Of a DNA stretch of 64,000 nt, positions 56,696-64,000 are shown piece by piece. The notes beneath the pieces were generated by a model. That model searched no databases. It was not told where the DNA came from and worked only from the letters and a program-made list of their open reading frames with translations. The translations under genes were made by a program, and so were the position numbers. The stretch is taken from positions 49,563 through 113,562 of the IMG/VR virus record IMGVR_UViG_3300037516_000306; one strand, 5' to 3'. The number at the start of each line of letters is the position of its first letter. Position 1 is the first letter of the stretch. The DNA is from a virus.

Positions 56696-59600
56696 ATGCC
56701 TTATAGTTTTACCTACTTCAAAGAAGAAGTAAAAGAATGGTTCGTACAAAACGTTCCAACTAGTAAAAGAATACTAGATGTAGGCCCAGGAATAGGGACC
56801 TATTCAAATCTATTGCGTTCATTAGGATATAGAATGGATGCTGTAGAAATCTATGAACCATACATAGATAAGTATGAACTCAGAGATAAATATGATAATG
56901 TCTTTATAGGAAGCATTATTACATTTGATATCAATGATTATGACTTCATTATTCTAGGAGATGTGTTAGAACATATTCCTACAAACTATGCAAAGGAGTT
57001 AATCAGAGATATTGTAACTGCTAAGAAAGAATGTTTGGTAGCTATACCATATGAAATGGAACAGGGAGAACATGAAGGTAATATTCATGAGACTCACTAC
57101 CAACCAGATCTTACACACGAAGTGATGTTCGAGAGATATCCTGATCTATCTTGTATATATAGAAATGAATACTATGGGTATTATACGTACACACATATAA
57201 AAGAGGAAAAAATGTACGTATTATATGCAACTGCATCTTATTATGATGTTGTATGTATGGCTGTAAAGAGTCTTAATAAGGTGAGTGATATTCCTGTGCT
57301 AGTGTATATGCTAGATGATTATAGAGAAGTGCCTGGTGCATACACTGTATGGTGGAAGTGTGATATTGAAGACTTACCCAAAGGAACTTACATAGATAGA
57401 AACAAGAGTGATGTATATAAGTTATTGATCCAAAGACCTCTTATAGTTAAAGATGCTCTTGAAAGATTTGCAAAGACTATTTGTTATGTAGATTCTGATT
57501 CTATAGCTACTAAGTATGTAGATAGAATATTCAACTACTATCCTAAAGATTCTAAGTATCCATATTTTACTGAAGGTATTTATGATTACTTACACAATAA
57601 TGGTAGAGGAGGAGCTGAGAGTGTACAAGATCTTTCTACAACATTAGAACATCCAGCATGTGAGTTGTTTGGTGTAAATCAATACATAAGAAATAGATAC
57701 AGACAAACTGGTTACTTTGTAGCTGGTCAAAACACTATACCATTCTTAGATGAGTGGAGCTGGATGTGTAATCACCCAGAGGTGTTAAAGAATCCTCAAT
57801 ACTATGCTCCCTATCACGAAGAGACAATAGTTAATGTTCTTCTATGGAAATATAAATGCTTAAAGGGTCTTCCTTATATATACACTAATGCTAGCTATGA
57901 TAAGTTAGATAGGATATATAATGAAGATAATTGGGGTAAACATGTAGAGTCTTGGTTTAAGTTACCAGAGACTGAACAAGATCTATTGTTCTTACATGGA
58001 GAGAAACATCCTGTTATAATGTCTAAAATGATATCTAAAATGTCTAAACGTTTGAGAATAATGTTTCTTGCTCCTCACCTGTCAACAGGCGGTATGCCTC
58101 AGTTTCTTCTTAAAAGGATAGAGACATTGAAGGATTATACAGACGTAGAAATCTTTGTTGTAGAATATCAATGCCATAGTTTAGACTTTGTTGTACAGAG
58201 AGATCAGATCATGGACATTGTACCTGTACATACATTATATGAAGATAAGATGGAACTGTTTACAATTATAGATCATTTTAAACCTGATGTTATCCATATA
58301 GATGAAATGTCTGAGAGACTTGATAGAGAGATGATCGTATCATTATACAATCATAACAGATCATATCGTATCATTGAAACTTGTCATGATGTATCTTTTG
58401 TACCAGAAACTAAGATGTTTACACCAGATGCTTATGCATTCTGTAGTTCTTATCATTTAGATACATTTGCTAACCTTGATGGATATAAACAAGTAGTTGA
58501 GTATCCTATAGATTATAATCCTATAAATGATATTCAGAAAGTTGGTGGACAGATAGCACTTGGAATGGATAGATCAAAGAAGCATGTTGTAAACATAGGA
58601 CTTTGGACTAGAGGAAAGAACCAGGGAGAAGGACTAGAAGTAGCTAGACAGATGCCAGATGTACATTTCCACTTTGTAGGTAACCAAGCTGGAAACTTCA
58701 AAGACTATTGGGAACCACTAATGAAAGATGTTCCTGAGAATGTTACTATATGGGGAGAGAGAAATGATGCAGATGTATTTATGAAAGCTGCAGACTTGTT
58801 TATGTTTAACTCTACATGGGAATGTAATCCGCTAGTGTTAAGAGAAGCTATCAGCTATGGTAAACCTATACTAGCTAGAAACCTTCCTCAATATAAAGAC
58901 ATGTTCACTAAGTATATAACTAATCTAAATCCTATTATGATAGTACCACAGATAACAAGTATATTAGCAACTCCTGTAAATTATCCTATACCAATTGATA
59001 ATCCATCTATATTCTTTGCTAAGAATAACTTAAACTTGTATAAGCATGCAATGTCTGTTATTCCACACAAAAACATTGTAAATGATTATAATATCATACA
59101 GCACTTTGTAGGCCAACCATTCTTAGAAATAACTGGTACATCTACTAGTGACTTTCGTGTAGAGTTTTATGATGGTGAACAATTAGTTCATTCTGATGCT
59201 ATCAAATGTAACCACTGGATAAAACTTGCTAGAGAGTATTACACACAGTGGAGAACTGTTGTGTATAAAGATGGAGAAAAGGTGTATGATAAACTTCTAG
59301 ATCTAGAAGGTAAGAGAGTGTACATCGCTTTTGAGAGCTCTTCTTTAGGAGATACAATAGCTTGGATGCCATATGTATTAGACTTCAAAGTGAAGCATCG
59401 CTGTGATGTGATTGTAAGTACATTCAAGAACTTCTTATTTGAATCTGCATATCCAGAGCTTGAGTTTGTTGATCCAGGAACCAATGTAACTAATATATAT
59501 GCTATGTATAAGATTGGTTGGTTTTATAATGTAAACAGAGAACCAGAACTACCAAATACTATTCCTCTTCAGCAGACAGCTACAAACATTCTAGGTCTTC

Positions 59601-60136
59601 CTTATGAAGAAGTTAAACCAAGAATTGTAAACAGTAGAGTGTGTCTTACATTAAAGCAAGTTGCAATAGCTACTAATTCCACTGCAGGATGTAAGTTCTG
59701 GACCAGAGAAGCTTGGCAAGAGGTAATTAACTACTTACATGGAGAAGGATACAAAGTGATAAATACATCATTAGAAAAGAATCCATTTGACAACTGTCAA
59801 GGATTACTTGACAACTCAATGACTAACACTATGACTACTATATACAATAGTAGATTCTTTATAGGACTATCTAGTGGACTAAGCTGGTTAGCTTGGGCAT
59901 TAGATGTACCAGTGATTATGATTGCTAACTTCACTGATGCCAATCATGAGTTTGAATGCCATAGGCCAGTGAATACAAATGTGTGCCATGGATGTTGGAA
60001 TGATCCACAATATACATTTGATAAAGGAGATTGGGATTGGTGTCCTGTATTTAAAGGAACAGAGAGGCAATTTGAATGTCAGAAAAGTATAACACCAAAC
60101 ATGGTAATAGAACAAATAAAAAAGCTCCTTAAATAG
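56696..60136 (+). CDS. Four-domain enzyme: SAM methyltransferase + GT-A + GT-B (GT4-like) + TibC/Aah-like protein O-glycosyltransferase
   Basis: ILDVGPGIG; YVDSDS; FLAPHLSTGGMPQ and ECNPLVLREA; SSSLGDTIAW, FIGLSSGLSWLAWA, CHGCWN..WCP..FECQKSIT. Confidence 0.8.
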   Translation: MPYSFTYFKEEVKEWFVQNVPTSKRILDVGPGIGTYSNLLRSLGYRMDAVEIYEPYIDKYELRDKYDNVFIGSIITFDINDYDFIILGDVLEHIPTNYAKELIRDIVTAKKECLVAIPYEMEQGEHEGNIHETHYQPDLTHEVMFERYPDLSCIYRNEYYGYYTYTHIKEEKMYVLYATASYYDVVCMAVKSLNKVSDIPVLVYMLDDYREVPGAYTVWWKCDIEDLPKGTYIDRNKSDVYKLLIQRPLIVKDALERFAKTICYVDSDSIATKYVDRIFNYYPKDSKYPYFTEGIYDYLHNNGRGGAESVQDLSTTLEHPACELFGVNQYIRNRYRQTGYFVAGQNTIPFLDEWSWMCNHPEVLKNPQYYAPYHEETIVNVLLWKYKCLKGLPYIYTNASYDKLDRIYNEDNWGKHVESWFKLPETEQDLLFLHGEKHPVIMSKMISKMSKRLRIMFLAPHLSTGGMPQFLLKRIETLKDYTDVEIFVVEYQCHSLDFVVQRDQIMDIVPVHTLYEDKMELFTIIDHFKPDVIHIDEMSERLDREMIVSLYNHNRSYRIIETCHDVSFVPETKMFTPDAYAFCSSYHLDTFANLDGYKQVVEYPIDYNPINDIQKVGGQIALGMDRSKKHVVNIGLWTRGKNQGEGLEVARQMPDVHFHFVGNQAGNFKDYWEPLMKDVPENVTIWGERNDADVFMKAADLFMFNSTWECNPLVLREAISYGKPILARNLPQYKDMFTKYITNLNPIMIVPQITSILATPVNYPIPIDNPSIFFAKNNLNLYKHAMSVIPHKNIVNDYNIIQHFVGQPFLEITGTSTSDFRVEFYDGEQLVHSDAIKCNHWIKLAREYYTQWRTVVYKDGEKVYDKLLDLEGKRVYIAFESSSLGDTIAWMPYVLDFKVKHRCDVIVSTFKNFLFESAYPELEFVDPGTNVTNIYAMYKIGWFYNVNREPELPNTIPLQQTATNILGLPYEEVKPRIVNSRVCLTLKQVAIATNSTAGCKFWTREAWQEVINYLHGEGYKVINTSLEKNPFDNCQGLLDNSMTNTMTTIYNSRFFIGLSSGLSWLAWALDVPVIMIANFTDANHEFECHRPVNTNVCHGCWNDPQYTFDKGDWDWCPVFKGTERQFECQKSITPNMVIEQIKKLLK

Positions 60137-60150
60137 GAGCTTCTTCTTTT
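60120..60150. terminator. Bidirectional terminator-like hairpin over convergent stops
   Basis: AAGCTCCT-TAAAT-AGGAGCTT flanked by A and T runs. Confidence 0.6.
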
Positions 60151-60296
60151 TCTTCTTTTTCTAATTTTTCAACAAGATCTTTTAAAGAATCAATAGACTC
60201 TTTAACAAGAACAGCCTCATCTAAATTTAAGACACCTTTAGCTTGAGCAGCAATAGCTACTTGCATTAAAATTTTAATTGCTTCTGAATTTTTCAT
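60129..60296 (-). CDS. 55-aa helical protein
   Basis: MKNSEAIKILMQVAIAAQAKGVLNLDEAVLVKESIDSL... Confidence 0.55.
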   Translation of the reverse strand: MKNSEAIKILMQVAIAAQAKGVLNLDEAVLVKESIDSLKDLVEKLEKEEKEEAPI

Positions 60297-60352
60297 AAGT
60301 TATATATTTTTTACAAATATATAAATTATTCTATAAAAATACAACTGATTTT

Positions 60353-60724
60353 TTAATTTTTAATAGTAGGTATAACTGGTGTAGGTGTTGTACCAATTGT
60401 TAATGTTATAGATGTAGGATTTAATATAAGAAAAATTTGATCTGCAATATTAGCTTCTATTTCCACTACTCTTTCTTCACCCATTGCTGATTGTGTCCAA
60501 GCTACAACTTCTTCATTTGTAAGATCCTCAACAGGTATAAAATTTGTAATGTCACTTGTGTTTAAAGTTTGTGTACCATATACACTTCCTTGTACTGGTG
60601 GAACAGATTCATCTGATCCTGTTACTATCCAGTGTACGTTGTACACTACGTCTGTGTATTCTCCTTCTGTTGGATATACATCCACCGTTTTACAATTCCA
60701 ATTGTAAGTAATTAATGATTTCAT
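60353..60724 (-). CDS. Tail-fibre-associated protein
   Basis: DVVYNVHW, FIP.EDLT.E.V..W motif typical of genes following tail fibres. Confidence 0.6.
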   Translation of the reverse strand: MKSLITYNWNCKTVDVYPTEGEYTDVVYNVHWIVTGSDESVPPVQGSVYGTQTLNTSDITNFIPVEDLTNEEVVAWTQSAMGEERVVEIEANIADQIFLILNPTSITLTIGTTPTPVIPTIKN

Positions 60725-60740
60725 TTTTATTTTTGTTTAG

Positions 60741-63700
60741 TTATTGATACATAGGTATAAAAAAGAATGCTCCAGTGTCTTCATCCCAGATTCTAATCCA
60801 TTTTGCAGGAACAGATGAATCTAAAGGTGTAAATGAGTTCTGTATTAAATGTTTTGCTACTAAGAAATCTTGATCTCCTGTATTACTATTATAAGCTTGT
60901 ATACCTAATTTTGGTGATCTAGCATAAGCTGCTGAATAAGATTGTATAAATGCTTGACCATCATTGCTATTAATAGAAGAATATGATGCTCCAGCATAAC
61001 TATAATCATAATTACCTTGATAACCCGCGTACGCTGTTGATCCACTTACATTTAATGCCGCTCCTGAATCAGATGCATTAAAGGTTCCTTGCACATCAAG
61101 AACAGCTCCTGGGGAGGTAGTGTTTATACCTATATTTGAACCACTAGCATAAATTGTAGAGTTACCTATAGATGTAGCTCCTGTAAATTGAGGTATGTAG
61201 TTTGTTGTTCCAGAACCACTAATTCCACCACCACCTCCACCAGTAACCCAAGCAGTTCCTGTAACTGTAGATGATAACACTTGTCCTGATGTTCCTGGTG
61301 AATTAGCCGAATCATATACAGCTCCTGTGATTCTAGCACTTCCTGATACGTGCAGCTTCTGTGAAGGGCTTGCTGTTCCAATCCCTACATTACCAGTACG
61401 TGCAACAATACGTAAGTTTTCAACTATACTATATGAGCCACTAAATCTAAAACTAGAGAACAACATGTCTCCTTCATATGGATAAGTTATAGCATCAGGA
61501 ACAACTGTTTTTATAGATCCAAATCCAAAAGTGACATCAGCTGTTGCAAGAGTGATTCCATCACCTATAATGTGCAACTTACTTTGAGGAGAACTTGTCC
61601 CAATACCTACTAATCCTGCACCTGTAATACGCATTCTTTCAGATGCTCCAGTATATATCATTAAAGGTGATGAAGAAGGTCCTCCAGCTATTAAATAAGA
61701 GTTTGCTGCTTGTTGATATAATGATATATAATTGTTATTAGTATTTTCTGAAGCTCTAATTTCTGTATCAGTTGTTGCTGCTACGTGAAGTTCTGTTAGC
61801 GGAGCAGTTATGCCTATACCCACAAATCCAGCTGATGTGATACGCATTTTTTCAGTAATAGCTGAACTGGTATTAGTAGTTCCAAATAATAAAGCTCCAT
61901 TATAAGTACTTGCACTTCCTTCTTTTATCCCTTGAATTTTAGCAAATGGATAAGGGCTTGTTCCTCCTGAAGAATTTACTCCTCCTAATCCAATTGATCC
62001 ACCTATATTTGTAGCTGCAGAATCTGTAGTAAAAACATTTAAATTTCCGTAATTATCAAAAACTCTATTAGCTTCTCTAACATCTAATCTACCGTTTGGA
62101 GTAGTCGTTCCAATACCTACATTACCTGTTGTTGTGATACGAACTTTTTCAGTTCCAGAGGTAAGAAGCGCTAAGTCAGAAGCACTGTATGTACCTACTC
62201 TTCCGAATGTGTCTGCTGAAAATCTAATATCACCACCACTTGCAGACTGAATACGAGCTTGAACTGTACCTGTACCATAAATATCAAGGTTAACTGCAGG
62301 ACTCACATTTCCAATACCTAATCTATTATTATAATAAGGGAACTGTTTTGTTAAAGCTGTTAGCGTATAATTACTACTTATAGAAATAGCATCAAATACA
62401 GCCTTAGCCCCAGCCTGCTCAGTAAGCATTCTAACTTTAACAGTATATGAATTACCAGTTGATACTATATGAGATATTGGTATTCTAAATCTTGAATTGG
62501 TAGCATCCCATGACATATCACCTATAGCAACATTATCAGGAACTGTTCCCATAGAATCAACAACTCTTGATTCGTTTGTATATATTAAGTTACCTGGATT
62601 TGTACCTACAGCAAAAAGTTTTGTTAATTTACCAACTGAACTTTGATCACTATAATAACCTGTTACTTCAACTTCTATATATCCCCAAAATGATACATTA
62701 CCAAGTATTACATCTGCTGCTAAGTTAGCAGTTCCATTTGGAAAATTAATTCCTGATGGAAACACTCTTTCAAAGCAATTATTAGAATTTAAATACCCTG
62801 TTGTAAATCTTAAATTTCCTGATATGTCTGCTTTATAAGCAGGAGTGCTTGTTCCAATACCTACATTACCAGCTGAGGTGATACGCATACGTTCTGAAGT
62901 ATCAGTATAAAATGTATGATAACCGCCCCAACTAACTGAAGGCCCAATACTATATCTTTGTTCACCTGTAGCTGAGTTTGATATTATAGATCCTACTGGA
63001 TTTCCACTCGCTTTAAAATCTATTGTATTTGTAAATGAACCCGAAGTTCTATTCATTGTTAATACTGGTGCAGATCCAGCAATCTCTAATAAAGAAGTCG
63101 GACTACTTGTCCCAATACCTACATTACCATTATCTTGTATTACAAACTGATCTGTTACAGTTCCTGATTGATTTTTACCAATAGCGAACTTCCAGCCCGT
63201 ACCATCTGTACTATAAGTAATTCTATTATTTATTGGAGATGTTCCGCCTGTTAATAGTTGTATTGTACCATAAGTTGAAAAAACCCCAGGTCCAATAGTG
63301 GTTGTTCCAGTTGTGTGTAGCTTTGATATAGGACTTGATGTCCCAATTCCCAAGTTACCTGTTGAAGTAAGACGCATTCTTTCAGATCCAGCCTCTGGCT
63401 TAAAAATAACATCATTACCACCAATCTGTATATTTGTTGAATCTCCCCAAGTAAATAAAGAAAGTACTCCAGCTAATGATTTTATTAATCCAGTTCCAGT
63501 TCCTGCATAAATAGATCCTATTCTAAATTCACCGTTGGTATATAGGTTTCCAATAACATCAAGTTTTCCACTTGGGGCTATTGTTCCAATACCAACATTA
63601 GTACCATTGTCAAATATCATAGCACCTGTGTTACCAATAGTGGTTGCTGATGTAAACTTAGCAACATAATTAGTTGTTCCACTTACAGTTACTGATGTAC

Positions 63701-64000
63701 CACTAGTACCACTTGTTCCTGAACTACCTGTGGTACCACTAGTACCATTCACTCCTGAAGTACCACTAGTTCCATTTACCCCACTTGTACCATTGATACC
63801 AGATGTACCAGATGTTCCTGATGTAGCTGAAGTACCAGAGGTGCCACTAGTTGCAGATGTACCACTAGTACCCGAAGTACCTGTAGTACCACTAGTTCCT
63901 GTGGTTCCACTAGTTCCTGTGGTTCCACTTGTACCAGAAGATCCATTTATTCCTGATGTACCATTTGTACCATTGATTCCTGACGTTCCACTAGTACCAT
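60741..64000 (-). CDS. Tail fibre/adhesin with about 10 GNVGIGT repeats and (Gly-Thr-Ser)n segment; start lies beyond window
   Basis: Frame stays open from 64000; GTG 63752 is internal; repeated RMRIT..GNVGIGT..P units. Confidence 0.8.
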   Translation of the reverse strand, partial: GTSGTSGINGTNGTSGINGSSGTSGTTGTSGTTGTSGTTGTSGTSGTSATSGTSGTSATSGTSGTSGINGTSGVNGTSGTSGVNGTSGTTGSSGTSGTSGTSVTVSGTTNYVAKFTSATTIGNTGAMIFDNGTNVGIGTIAPSGKLDVIGNLYTNGEFRIGSIYAGTGTGLIKSLAGVLSLFTWGDSTNIQIGGNDVIFKPEAGSERMRLTSTGNLGIGTSSPISKLHTTGTTTIGPGVFSTYGTIQLLTGGTSPINNRITYSTDGTGWKFAIGKNQSGTVTDQFVIQDNGNVGIGTSSPTSLLEIAGSAPVLTMNRTSGSFTNTIDFKASGNPVGSIISNSATGEQRYSIGPSVSWGGYHTFYTDTSERMRITSAGNVGIGTSTPAYKADISGNLRFTTGYLNSNNCFERVFPSGINFPNGTANLAADVILGNVSFWGYIEVEVTGYYSDQSSVGKLTKLFAVGTNPGNLIYTNESRVVDSMGTVPDNVAIGDMSWDATNSRFRIPISHIVSTGNSYTVKVRMLTEQAGAKAVFDAISISSNYTLTALTKQFPYYNNRLGIGNVSPAVNLDIYGTGTVQARIQSASGGDIRFSADTFGRVGTYSASDLALLTSGTEKVRITTTGNVGIGTTTPNGRLDVREANRVFDNYGNLNVFTTDSAATNIGGSIGLGGVNSSGGTSPYPFAKIQGIKEGSASTYNGALLFGTTNTSSAITEKMRITSAGFVGIGITAPLTELHVAATTDTEIRASENTNNNYISLYQQAANSYLIAGGPSSSPLMIYTGASERMRITGAGLVGIGTSSPQSKLHIIGDGITLATADVTFGFGSIKTVVPDAITYPYEGDMLFSSFRFSGSYSIVENLRIVARTGNVGIGTASPSQKLHVSGSARITGAVYDSANSPGTSGQVLSSTVTGTAWVTGGGGGGISGSGTTNYIPQFTGATSIGNSTIYASGSNIGINTTSPGAVLDVQGTFNASDSGAALNVSGSTAYAGYQGNYDYSYAGASYSSINSNDGQAFIQSYSAAYARSPKLGIQAYNSNTGDQDFLVAKHLIQNSFTPLDSSVPAKWIRIWDEDTGAFFFIPMYQ
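63693..64000 (-). repeat. 9-bp tandem repeats encoding collagen-like Gly-X-Y (GTS/GTT/GIN)
   Basis: ggt act agt / gga acc aca / ggt aca tct units, more than 30 triplets in window. Confidence 0.85.

Noticed and set aside
1-64000. Stop-codon reassignment (TAG/TGA), seen in some crAss-like phages
   Set aside because: All hallmark genes are full length in the standard code, TAG and TGA act as real stops (e.g. 60136, 19058), and no suppressor tRNA was seen

Overview
A 64 kb AT-rich segment of a lytic crAss-like (Crassvirales-type) podophage. A Bacteroidota/Flavobacteriia host is inferred from many TAnnTTTG -7 promoter boxes, A-rich leaders without Shine-Dalgarno sites and Gln+1 signal peptides. 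Layout: (1) 1-10.1 kb, minus strand, head/packaging module (major capsid, scaffold-like, portal, large terminase, HU/IHF-like). (2) 10.1-10.5 kb, non-coding strand switch. (3) 10.5-43.6 kb, plus strand, early/middle genes: many micro-ORFs, a tmRNA with a 35-codon tag, PolB, DnaB-like and SF2 helicases, primase, an atypical UDG, RIIA/RIIB, RecA, MazG, PhoH, thioredoxin, GroES, then a GT6/GT61-like/FkbM cassette. (4) 43.6-64 kb, mostly minus strand: Lys-rich proteins sharing a K-x-G-G motif; an operon of modular proteins built from two reused N-terminal tags and poly-Thr tails, with an embedded GT-A enzyme and two trypsin-like proteases; lysis genes; an inverted four-domain methyltransferase/glycosyltransferase ending in a TibC/Aah-like domain; and a tail fibre with (Gly-Thr-Ser)n repeats. 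Best candidate for an undescribed system: a phage-encoded protein O-glycosylation ('mucin coat') system, with about six GT domains and two methyltransferases next to tagged Thr/Ser-rich acceptor proteins, three of which are not called, or are mis-started, in the ORF track. All family assignments come from motif recognition; no database search was run.
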